A stretch of 64,000 nt of DNA from Alphaproteobacteria bacterium (lineage in GTDB: Bacteria > Pseudomonadota > Alphaproteobacteria > UBA7887), in the NCBI GenBank assembly GCA_965216755.1, contig CBDCGL010000011.1:192001-256000 (forward strand). The letters run 5' to 3'. The position numbers were made by a program, and so were the translations under genes. The notes beneath the pieces were generated by a model that ran no database searches, was not told the origin of the DNA, and worked only from the letters and a program-made list of their open reading frames with translations. This document shows, piece by piece, positions 30,171 to 38,694 of the stretch; positions within the stretch are counted from its first letter, which is position 1, and every line of letters starts with the position of its first letter.

Positions 30171-31703
30171 ATGGACAAGCCCATCATTGCCGCGAAAACG
30201 CCGGCAAAAACAGACCTCGAGAAGGGCAAGACATATTTTTGGTGCCGTTGTGGACGTTCGGCGAGCCAACCTTTTTGTGACGGATCCCATGCGAGCACCG
30301 ATCTCACGCCACTCGAATTCACGGCCGATGAATCCGGCGCGGCCTTTCTGTGTCGATGCAAAGCGACCAGCAATCAGCCATTTTGCGACGGCACGCACGC
30401 GCAGCTCGGTGCCGCCGCCATAGGCGGTCCGACTCCTGAACTTCAGCGCGATGGCCCGCCTGTCGCTCAACCAACTTCGGAAGAACCGACAGTCGCGCGT
30501 GTTCATCAACTCGCCCGCGAAGGTTTGTCCAAGCTCGGGCATCACGGCCCAATGGGGGCCATGGGTGTGCCGCGCGCCGCGTTGCCGCATTGGGACCACA
30601 TACAGCTTTTGCCGGCCCAGTTCGCGCGCAAGCCGCTCATGGATGATGCCGTGGTCGGGACCGACCTGATCATCGGGCCGAGGGCCGAGAAGCCGCTGAG
30701 ACTAGAGATCCCGCTGTTTGTTTCCGACATGAGCTTTGGCGCCTTGTCCGAAGAGGCGAAAGTTGCACTGGCAAAGGGCGCTGAACGCGCGGGCACCGGC
30801 ATTTGCTCAGGCGAAGGGGGATCTTTGGCTGAGGAGCGTGCTGCCAACAGCCGCTACCTTTATGAGCTCGCCTCGGCCAAATTTGGATGGGATCTTGCTT
30901 TGGTCGAGCAGGTTCAGGCCTTTCACTACAAGGGCGGGCAGGGCGCAAAAACAGGCACCGGGGGCCATTTGCCCGGCGACAAGGTCACGGGCAAAATTGC
31001 TGAAACGCGCGGCTTGCGCCCGGGGCAGGATGCGGTTTCGCCGCCGACCTTCGACACGCCCAGGACAGTTGACGAGTTCCGCCGGTTTTCCGATCAAGTT
31101 CGCGAGCGATCCGGCGGTATCCCCGTCGGGTTCAAAATGTCGGCCAATCACATCGAGGACGATATCGACTTCGCCTTGGATGCGGGCGCGGATTACATCA
31201 TTTTGGATGGCCGCGGTGGCGGCACAGGGGCCGCGCCACTGATTTTCCGCGATCACATAAGTGTCCCAACCATTCCGGCCTTGGCGAGAGCACGCGCGCA
31301 TCTGGACAAGAAGGCAGGTCGCGATGTGACATTGATCATCACCGGCGGGCTGCGCATGCCGGAGGACTTCGCCAAGGCAATGGCGTTGGGCGCGGACGGG
31401 ATCGCGATCGCCAATTCAGCGATTCAGGCTGTCGGCTGTGTCGCCGCGCGCATGTGCGATACGAATAACTGCCCGGCTGGCGTTGCCACTCAGAAGCCAG
31501 AGTTACGGAAGCGTTTGGACGTTGCCGCAGGGGCGCGTCGTTTGGCGACGTTTTTGGAGGCGTCGACACATTTGATGCAGGTCTTGGCGCGCGCTTGTGG
31601 CCATGAACACCTGTCCAGGTTTTGCCGTGACGACCTCACCACATGGCGACGCGAAATGGCGGATTTATCTGGCGTTCGATATGGAGGCATGGGCGCGGTG
31701 TGA
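30171..31703 (+). CDS. FMN-binding glutamate synthase family protein with two N-terminal CDGSH Fe-S domains
   Basis: CRCGRS..QPFCDGSH and CRCK...QPFCDGTH; DMSFGALS, SGEGG, GQGAKTGTGGHLPG, DGRGGGTGA, CxxxxxCxxxxCP. Confidence 0.9.
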   Translation: MDKPIIAAKTPAKTDLEKGKTYFWCRCGRSASQPFCDGSHASTDLTPLEFTADESGAAFLCRCKATSNQPFCDGTHAQLGAAAIGGPTPELQRDGPPVAQPTSEEPTVARVHQLAREGLSKLGHHGPMGAMGVPRAALPHWDHIQLLPAQFARKPLMDDAVVGTDLIIGPRAEKPLRLEIPLFVSDMSFGALSEEAKVALAKGAERAGTGICSGEGGSLAEERAANSRYLYELASAKFGWDLALVEQVQAFHYKGGQGAKTGTGGHLPGDKVTGKIAETRGLRPGQDAVSPPTFDTPRTVDEFRRFSDQVRERSGGIPVGFKMSANHIEDDIDFALDAGADYIILDGRGGGTGAAPLIFRDHISVPTIPALARARAHLDKKAGRDVTLIITGGLRMPEDFAKAMALGADGIAIANSAIQAVGCVAARMCDTNNCPAGVATQKPELRKRLDVAAGARRLATFLEASTHLMQVLARACGHEHLSRFCRDDLTTWRREMADLSGVRYGGMGAV

Positions 31704-31818
31704 CAGGCGTGTTGGCGCCGGTCACCCGTTCCGCCGTCATGGCGCCTGTGATAGGGTCCGGCGCGTCGCGCGCGGGAAACGCACCCGTATTGTTCGGAAT
31801 TATCGAAGCACGGAGTCG

Positions 31819-32904
31819 ATGGTGAACGGTTTCACTCCCCAATTCTTGCCGGGCGACAAGCCCGTCAAGCCATTCTCGATACTCGATGCAAATGGAAAGC
31901 TTAGACGCGGCGCGGATCCCGGCATGACGGACAAGCGAGTGCTTGAGGGTCTGCGTTTGATGATGTTGGGGCGCGCCTTCGACGAAAAGGCTCTGAGCCA
32001 ACAGCGGCAAGGGCGATTGGGGACGTTTGCGCCTATTTTCGGTCAGGAAGCGACATTGGCGGGTGTGGCTCTAGCCATGGATCCAAGACAAGACTGGGCC
32101 GTACCGCAATATCGAGAACTTCCAGTTCAGATCCACCAGGGATTGCCCCTGGAATCCATCGTGCTCTATCGGCGTGGCCATCCCGATGGTGGTATCATAC
32201 CAGAGGGCGTAAACATCATGGCCACGCAAGTCTCGCTTGCCGCGCAAATTCCACACGCTGTGGGTCTCGCGTGGGGGCTGAAGAAAAAGGGCAGCAAAGG
32301 CGTCGTTGCCGTATTCTTCGGCGACGGTGCGTCTTCCGAGGGCGATTTCCACGAATCCTGCAACCTCGCGGGGTTGGTCGAAGCGCCCGTGATCTTTGTC
32401 TTGCAAAATAATCAGTGGGCCATTTCGACGCCGCGCAGCATCCAAAGCGCCGGGTCTGATCTGGCATCGCGCGCGGCGGCCTATGGTTTTCCCGGCGTTT
32501 CTGTCGACGGCAACGATCTATTTGCCATGCATACGGTCATGGCCGACGCCGTTGCGCGTGGGCGTGCTGGCGACGGGGCTACGTTGATAGAGGCCCACAC
32601 TTATCGCATGGGCATGCACACCACGGCTGACGATCCAACGCGATATGTCGATCCCGCGGAACGCGAACGTTGGGGCAAGAAAGATCCGATCGAACGCGTG
32701 CAAAAATACCTGACGGCGAAAGGGAAATGGGACGACGACACTGCCACCCAATGGCAAGACGAAATCTCGGAACAGGTTGAGGCTGCATTCGCTAAGGCCG
32801 ACGCGCATCCACAGGCTAAGGCCGACGCCCTTTATGAGCACGTCTTTGCTGAACCCACCGTCACGTTGCGGCGCCAGCGCGCGGCTCACCTCGGCGCGCA
32901 ATAG
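31819..32904 (+). CDS. pdhA: 2-oxoacid (pyruvate-type) dehydrogenase E1 alpha
   Basis: TPP motif GDGASSEG...NNQWAIS; HTTADDP. Start moved to ATG 31819. Confidence 0.85.
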   Translation: MVNGFTPQFLPGDKPVKPFSILDANGKLRRGADPGMTDKRVLEGLRLMMLGRAFDEKALSQQRQGRLGTFAPIFGQEATLAGVALAMDPRQDWAVPQYRELPVQIHQGLPLESIVLYRRGHPDGGIIPEGVNIMATQVSLAAQIPHAVGLAWGLKKKGSKGVVAVFFGDGASSEGDFHESCNLAGLVEAPVIFVLQNNQWAISTPRSIQSAGSDLASRAAAYGFPGVSVDGNDLFAMHTVMADAVARGRAGDGATLIEAHTYRMGMHTTADDPTRYVDPAERERWGKKDPIERVQKYLTAKGKWDDDTATQWQDEISEQVEAAFAKADAHPQAKADALYEHVFAEPTVTLRRQRAAHLGAQ

Positions 32905-32915
32905 GGGAGTTTTCG

Positions 32916-33896
32916 ATGCCTCAAATGAATATGGTCGAAGCGATCCGCAGCGGTTTGCGCCAGGAAATGGAACGCGACGAACGTGTCTTATTGATGGGCG
33001 AGGATGTCGGCCATCTGGGCGGCGTTTTTCGCGTCACGGACGGTTTGCAGCAATTTTTTGGATCGCAGCGGGTGATTGACACACCTCTGGCGGAGAGCGT
33101 GATTACCGGTTCGGCGCTCGGCCTGGCCCTTGCGGGTTGGGTGCCGATTGTTGAAATTCAGTTTCTGGGTTTCACTCAGCAATGTTATCACCAGATCAAT
33201 CAGCAGATCGCGCGGGTTCGATTCCGGACCCGTGGCTGTCATTCGGCGCCGATCACGATCCGGTCACCGTTCGGCGGTTGCGTGCGCACACCTGAGTTTC
33301 ATTCCGATTCCATGGAGCAGACCTTCGTCCAGTCTTCGGGGCTAAAGGTCGTCATGCCGGCCAATCCTTACGACGCCAAGGGACTGCTTGCGTCGGCCAT
33401 TCGCGACCCTGATCCGGTGCTCTATCTAGAACCGTTACGCGGCTATCGGTTGATCACGGGCGAAGTCCCCAACGATGACTATACGATTCCGTTTGGCGAG
33501 CTGCGCACGGTGCGTGAAGGCACTGATGTCACGTTGGTCGCGTGGAGCCAGTCCGTGCCGGTTGCCGAGCAGGCTGCCGAGATGGTCGCTGAAAAAGGTA
33601 TCAGCGCGCATGTTGTGGATTTGCGGACTCTTGTTCCGCTCGACGAAGAGGGCTTGGTCGCCGCGGTCGAGCGCACGGGCCGCTGCGTCATTGTCCACGA
33701 ATCGCAAGCCACGTCCGGTTTTGGGGCCGAAGTCATCGCGCTGCTGCAAGAACAAGCGTTTTATTCACTAGAGGCGCCGCTTCGCCGTGTCACAGCGCCG
33801 GACGTGCCATATCCCATGCCTGCGGTCGAGGATTTCTTTGTTCCCGATCCGGAGCGTGTTGTGCAGGCCATTGAAGAAACCATGGCGGATCAATGA
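32916..33896 (+). CDS. pdhB: 2-oxoacid dehydrogenase E1 beta
   Basis: GEDVGHLGGVFRVT, DTPLAES, EIQF, DLRTLVPLD. Confidence 0.88.
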   Translation: MPQMNMVEAIRSGLRQEMERDERVLLMGEDVGHLGGVFRVTDGLQQFFGSQRVIDTPLAESVITGSALGLALAGWVPIVEIQFLGFTQQCYHQINQQIARVRFRTRGCHSAPITIRSPFGGCVRTPEFHSDSMEQTFVQSSGLKVVMPANPYDAKGLLASAIRDPDPVLYLEPLRGYRLITGEVPNDDYTIPFGELRTVREGTDVTLVAWSQSVPVAEQAAEMVAEKGISAHVVDLRTLVPLDEEGLVAAVERTGRCVIVHESQATSGFGAEVIALLQEQAFYSLEAPLRRVTAPDVPYPMPAVEDFFVPDPERVVQAIEETMADQ

Positions 33897-35146
33897 GCGA
33901 TTATGAATTCAAGCTGCCGGACATCGGCGAGGGCCTGAGCGAGGGCGAAATCGTCCATTGGCATGTCGGACCGGGTGACTCGGTGAAGGCCGATCAGACG
34001 ATTGTCGACGTTCAAACCGATAAGGCTGTCGTGGAGATTCCTGCGCCGGTCGCTGGCGTCATCAAGACTCTCGGTGGCGATCCCGGTGATGTGTTGCCGA
34101 TCGGTAGTCTGCTCGTGGTCATCGATTCGAATGTGTCGCCGCCGCCGGCCTCGGCGGCGCACGCTGCGCCCGCGCCTTCGGGACCGGCAACCGAAACACC
34201 GCCGTCTGCTGCGCCCGCACTGTCCGCATCCGCACTGCCGGTCAATGGCGGTCGGCGACGTGTGCTGGCGAGCCCGGCAACGCGCAAATTCGCCGTCGAA
34301 CAAGGGGTTGACCTGACGACGATCACGGGCACGGGCAATCGCGGGCAGATCACCAAAGATGATGTGCGCCGTGCCGCTGCGGGCGGTGCGCCGGCTGTCG
34401 CATCGGGCGCGCCAATGCCAAGCAAACCAATTGTGCCGGTAGAAGGTGCTGATCGTGCGGAGCCGCTTCGAGGCCTGCGGCGTCAAATTGCCGTAACCAT
34501 GGCGGAGGCCTGGCGCGAAATTCCGCATATTCTGACAACGCTCGATATCGATGCCGCCAATTTGGTCGCGGCGCGTGCGGCTTTGGTTGAGGAATTGGCG
34601 CAGGCGGGTGTCAAGCCCAGCTATATGCCATTGATCATGAAGGCTGCGGCCGCGGCGCTGCGGCGCTATCCGACATTCAACGCCAGTCTCGACATGGCCG
34701 GTCAGCAAATCATCTTTCGCCATCGCGTCAATATCGGTTTTGCCGCGGCGACGCCGGATGGTCTGATCGTTCCAGTCGTTCACGATGTGGACCGTAAGCC
34801 GTTGCTCACGCTGGTTCAGGAAATCAACGCGCTTGCCGAGGCGGCTCGCGCCCGCAAGATCACGGTTGATCAACTGCAAGGCGGGACATTTACGATATCC
34901 AACTATGGCAGCTATGGCGGGCAATTTGGCACACCGATCATTCGCCCGCCCGAAGTGGCGATCTTGGGCGTTGGTGCCATTCGCGATGCAGTCGTACCCG
35001 TCGACGGCGCGCCGGCCGTACGCAAGATCATGACCCTAGTCGTTTCGACCGATCATCGCTTGAACGATGGCGAACATCTTGGTCAGTTTGCCGGCGCGAT
35101 CGCCGATTACCTGCGTGAGCCCGTGCGATTGCTGGGGCAACTCTGA
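33893..35146 (+). CDS. Dihydrolipoamide acyltransferase E2
   Basis: Lipoyl domain LPDIGEG...TDKA, ASPATRK binding domain, catalytic DHRLNDG. Confidence 0.92.
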   Translation: MSDYEFKLPDIGEGLSEGEIVHWHVGPGDSVKADQTIVDVQTDKAVVEIPAPVAGVIKTLGGDPGDVLPIGSLLVVIDSNVSPPPASAAHAAPAPSGPATETPPSAAPALSASALPVNGGRRRVLASPATRKFAVEQGVDLTTITGTGNRGQITKDDVRRAAAGGAPAVASGAPMPSKPIVPVEGADRAEPLRGLRRQIAVTMAEAWREIPHILTTLDIDAANLVAARAALVEELAQAGVKPSYMPLIMKAAAAALRRYPTFNASLDMAGQQIIFRHRVNIGFAAATPDGLIVPVVHDVDRKPLLTLVQEINALAEAARARKITVDQLQGGTFTISNYGSYGGQFGTPIIRPPEVAILGVGAIRDAVVPVDGAPAVRKIMTLVVSTDHRLNDGEHLGQFAGAIADYLREPVRLLGQL

Positions 35147-36567
35147 TGGTTGTTGGCCAGATCGCGGAACCGGTCGATTTTGTGGTCGTTGGGGCCGGGC
35201 CGGGTGGATACGCGGCGGCGTTGCGGGCCAGTCAGCTCGGCCGGAAGGTGTTGCTCGTAGACCGCGACGGTGCCGACGGAGTCGGGGGAGTTTGTCTCCG
35301 CGTTGGGTGCATTCCCAGCAAAGCTTTGATCGAGGTAGCCGATTTGGCCGAAAGGGCGCGCGACGCGTCGCGTTTTGGCGTGGATGTCGATGTAAAGGGC
35401 GTCGACATGGCGCAATTCCAGAAATGGAAGACAGGTGTGGTCGACGGCCTGACGGGTGGTGTGCGCGGGCTGCTCGACAAAGCCGGCGTTGACGTCGCGC
35501 GTGGTACGTTTCGTTTCACTGGTCCCGATCGCGGCGTCATTACGCCGGAAGGCGAGGATCAACTGCGCTTCATCAAATTCAAGGATCTGGTTTTGGCCAC
35601 AGGGTCGCGGCCGGTTGAGCTCTGTGAATTGCCGTTCGACGACGAGACCATTCTCGATTCGACCGGCGCCCTTGCCCTGAAGCGACTTCCGAAGACACTG
35701 GCGATTGTGGGTGCCGGCTATATCGGTCTCGAAATCGGCATTGCTTTGGCGAAACTCGGATCCAAGGTCACGATCGTCGAGGCCGAAGATCGGATACTGC
35801 CGACCATGGATCGACGCCTCGCGCGACCGGTTGCGACGACCCTATCAAAACTGGATATCGACATCCGTCTGAAGGCGCGTGCCCAGGGGCAAAGCCGGGG
35901 CAAGCTTGTGATCAAGGGATCAGACGGCGATGAAAAGATCGCCGCCGAATGCATCATCGTCGCCGTCGGCCGTCGTCCAAACACCGATGACCTGAGTTTG
36001 GGGGAGGTCAGACTAAATCCGGGCGAAGACGGCTTGCTGCAAGTGGCTGCCGATCGGCGTATGGCGCCGCATATCGCGGCGATCGGCGACATTACGCCGG
36101 GGCCCGCATTAGCGCATAAAGCCACGGCGGAAGCGATCGTCGCGGCCGAAGCCCTTTGTGGGCAAAAGACGGCTTTCCAGCCGCAAGTAATCCCGGCCGT
36201 GGTTTTCGCCGATCCGGAAATTGCCACGGTCGGCTTGAGTGTTGACGATGCGAAATCGGACGGAATCGATGCACAGGCAACCATGTTCCCGCTCAGCGCC
36301 TCGGGCCGTGCCAAAACTTTGGGTACGCAAGACGGTTTTTTGCAGCTGGTTAGCGACACCGCGGATGGACGCGTGATCGGTGTCCACATTGTCGGTCCGC
36401 ATGCCTCGGATTTAATTGGTGAGGGTGCATTGGCGATTGAGATGGGGGCGACGCAGGAAGATTTGGCATTGACCATTCACGCCCACCCGACCTTGGGCGA
36501 GCTTTATCCTGAAGCTGCTCACTTGGCTCTTGGACAGCCCATTCACATGGCGTTGACGCACCGATAG
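35146..36567 (+). CDS. lpdA: Dihydrolipoyl dehydrogenase E3
   Basis: GAGPGGY, GGVCLRVGCIPSK, GAGYIGLE, HAHPTLGE. Confidence 0.95.
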   Translation: MVVGQIAEPVDFVVVGAGPGGYAAALRASQLGRKVLLVDRDGADGVGGVCLRVGCIPSKALIEVADLAERARDASRFGVDVDVKGVDMAQFQKWKTGVVDGLTGGVRGLLDKAGVDVARGTFRFTGPDRGVITPEGEDQLRFIKFKDLVLATGSRPVELCELPFDDETILDSTGALALKRLPKTLAIVGAGYIGLEIGIALAKLGSKVTIVEAEDRILPTMDRRLARPVATTLSKLDIDIRLKARAQGQSRGKLVIKGSDGDEKIAAECIIVAVGRRPNTDDLSLGEVRLNPGEDGLLQVAADRRMAPHIAAIGDITPGPALAHKATAEAIVAAEALCGQKTAFQPQVIPAVVFADPEIATVGLSVDDAKSDGIDAQATMFPLSASGRAKTLGTQDGFLQLVSDTADGRVIGVHIVGPHASDLIGEGALAIEMGATQEDLALTIHAHPTLGELYPEAAHLALGQPIHMALTHR

Positions 36568-36598
36568 CCGACGTTCGGCCGTAACCGGAAGGAGCCCC

Positions 36599-37816
36599 AT
36601 GCAGCCGTTGCTGACCGGTATGCGCATCGTCGAAGGCTCGGCGTTTATCGCCGCACCCATGTGCGGCATGACGCTTGCCCAGCTTGGCGCCGATGTTATC
36701 CGGTTCGATCAGATTGGCGGCGGCTTGGATTATCGGCGCTGGCCTGTAACCAAAGACAATGTCAGCATCTATTGGGCCGAAATGAACAAGGGCAAGCGTT
36801 CATTTGCTGTTGATTTACGGTCCGATCGAGGGCGTGAGCTGGTCACCCAATTGATTTGTGCTGGCGGCGATGGTAGCGGCATCTTTTCGACCAACCTGCC
36901 CGCCCGTGGCTGGTTGTCCTATGAATCGTTGAAACGGCACCGCGATGATTTGATCCAACTGGCGATCATCGGCGATCGCCACGGCGCCACGGCTGTGGAC
37001 TATACGGTGAACAGCCGCGTTGGTTTTCCGACCATGACCGGTTATCCGGACGATGATCGACCGATCAACCACATTCTGCCTGCATGGGACAATATCACCG
37101 CCTACCAAGCAGCGCTCAGCCTGCTTGCCGCCGATCGTCATCGGCGTCTGACGGGGCAGGGGCAATATGTCGAGATCGCCTTGGCCGATGTCGCGCTGGC
37201 AACGATGGGCCACCTTGGCTTTATCGGCGAAGTCATGGTCAATGACGTGGAGCGTCCGCGGGTCGGCACCGATATCTATGGGTCGTATGGCCGAGATGTG
37301 CTGACCGCCGACAATGTGCGCGTCATGGTCGTATCGGTCAGCCCACGGCAATGGCGCGGGTTGCTGGCCGCGACCCACAGCACTGACGCGATCGGCGAGC
37401 TCGCCGCCAGGCGGGGTCTGAATTTCGATCGGGAAGGCGATCGCTATGCGGCGCGCGACGATATCACGGCCATCTTGCAGACCTGGGTCGGCCGCCATAT
37501 CTACGACGACGTTGCCCGGGCGTTCGATAGCAGCGGCGTGTGCTGGGGCCGCTTTCAGACTGTGCGCGAACTTGTGCGCGATGACCCGGATGTCAGCACG
37601 GACAATCCAATATTCGATATGGTCGACCAGCCTGACATTGGCCGCTATCTGGTTCCAGGCCAACCGATGAGCTTCTCCGCCGTCGAACGCGCACCTGCCA
37701 CACCCGCACCGCGGTTGGGCGAACACACCGACGAAATTCTTGCTGAAGACCTTGGCCTGACCAGCGCCGAAATCGGTATTCTCCACGACCAGGGCGTCGT
37801 TGCGAAATCACGGTGA
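36599..37816 (+). CDS. mct: Family III CoA transferase, mesaconyl-CoA C1-C4 transferase (2-methylfumaryl-CoA isomerase)-like
   Basis: RIVEGSAFIAAPMCGMTLAQLGADVIRFDQIGGGLDYRRWP, NLPARGWLSY, VDYTVN and NHILPAWD match my recall of Chloroflexus-type Mct. Confidence 0.75.
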   Translation: MQPLLTGMRIVEGSAFIAAPMCGMTLAQLGADVIRFDQIGGGLDYRRWPVTKDNVSIYWAEMNKGKRSFAVDLRSDRGRELVTQLICAGGDGSGIFSTNLPARGWLSYESLKRHRDDLIQLAIIGDRHGATAVDYTVNSRVGFPTMTGYPDDDRPINHILPAWDNITAYQAALSLLAADRHRRLTGQGQYVEIALADVALATMGHLGFIGEVMVNDVERPRVGTDIYGSYGRDVLTADNVRVMVVSVSPRQWRGLLAATHSTDAIGELAARRGLNFDREGDRYAARDDITAILQTWVGRHIYDDVARAFDSSGVCWGRFQTVRELVRDDPDVSTDNPIFDMVDQPDIGRYLVPGQPMSFSAVERAPATPAPRLGEHTDEILAEDLGLTSAEIGILHDQGVVAKSR

Positions 37817-37927
37817 CAGTTTTATTACGGTGACAGTTTGCTAAATACGAGTGAACAAACTAACGTAAGTATCATGTGTGGAATTTGCGTATTTAGTAAA
37901 CTGTCACCGTAATAAAACTGTCACCGT
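37810..37927. repeat. 118-bp inverted-repeat element (40-bp arms, one mismatch), REP/MITE-like
   Basis: Arm 37810-37849 (acggtgacagttttattacggtgacagtttgctaaatacg) is the reverse complement of 37888-37927 except at one base. Each arm holds two ACGGTGACAGTTT copies. Confidence 0.92.
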
Positions 37928-38676
37928 AAATCCGTGCTTCCCGACAGCAACTGCGTTAGCGACCGTGACAAGCCTTTTGTCGACTTTGCGGGCGGTGTCG
38001 CGAATGAACCCTTGGTTGCGGGCCGCGGACCAAGTCTCACCAGCGTTTCGGCATGGCTAACCGCGCAGCTGACCCCATCAAGTAGCGGCACGGGGACCGC
38101 GTCGGCGCGTTCCCGGGCCAGGCCGGCCAGCGGCCCGCCACCCAATATCACGATTTCGGCACCATCTTCGGCGACGGTCTTGTTGCATAATGAGATAATC
38201 AGTTCGCCAAGTTGTTCCTTGGCGCGCCCGATATCCGGTATCGGCACGTCGAGACACCGCACCGCCGCCAAACGTCCGGCGAGACCATGTTCCTGGGCAC
38301 ATTCCTCGAACCAACGCCCGAGCCGGGGTGTCAGGGCGACAATTGAATAACGCCGGCCAAATGGCCACGCATTTAATAGCGCCGCTTCGGCGAGGCCAAC
38401 GACAGGAATGTCCAGGAGTTCGCGGGCGGCCGCGAGGCCGGGGTCGCCAAACGCGGAGATGATCGCCGCGTTATAGGTCGCGCTGTGTTCCGCCAAGCAA
38501 TCGAGCACCGCGTGGGCCGCGATCGCCGCTTCGACGCGATTCTCAATGTAAGCCGCGCCGAACCGCGCCGTCACCGCGTCCACGGTTGTTTCCGGTGCGG
38601 CCGCGCGCCGCGCTTCGTCGGCCATTCGCGCGGTCACCGTTTCGGTGACGTTGGGATTGACCAGCAGCAATTTCAC
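37921..38676 (-). CDS. Asp/Glu/hydantoin racemase family protein
   Basis: LVNPNVT, AFGDPGL.AARE...PVVG, PLLDGV. The usual catalytic Cys positions read SAFGDP and LGGGPL. Confidence 0.85.
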   Translation of the reverse strand: MKLLLVNPNVTETVTARMADEARRAAAPETTVDAVTARFGAAYIENRVEAAIAAHAVLDCLAEHSATYNAAIISAFGDPGLAAARELLDIPVVGLAEAALLNAWPFGRRYSIVALTPRLGRWFEECAQEHGLAGRLAAVRCLDVPIPDIGRAKEQLGELIISLCNKTVAEDGAEIVILGGGPLAGLARERADAVPVPLLDGVSCAVSHAETLVRLGPRPATKGSFATPPAKSTKGLSRSLTQLLSGSTDLR

Positions 38677-38694
38677 GGCGCGCTCGCGATCGGC

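Noticed and set aside
33890-37786. Long minus-strand ORFs (33890-34924, 35718-36476, 36815-37786)
   Set aside because: Antisense to the well-supported E2, E3 and Mct-like genes; such shadows are expected in GC-rich DNA.
36599-37816. Mct-like gene as evidence of an autotrophic 3-hydroxypropionate bi-cycle
   Set aside because: No malonyl-CoA reductase or propionyl-CoA synthase in the window, and the context is catabolic.
37810-37927. Repeated ACGGTGACAGTTT units as a CRISPR array
   Set aside because: The units are 13 bp, arranged as an inverted pair of doublets, with no unique spacers and no cas genes nearby.
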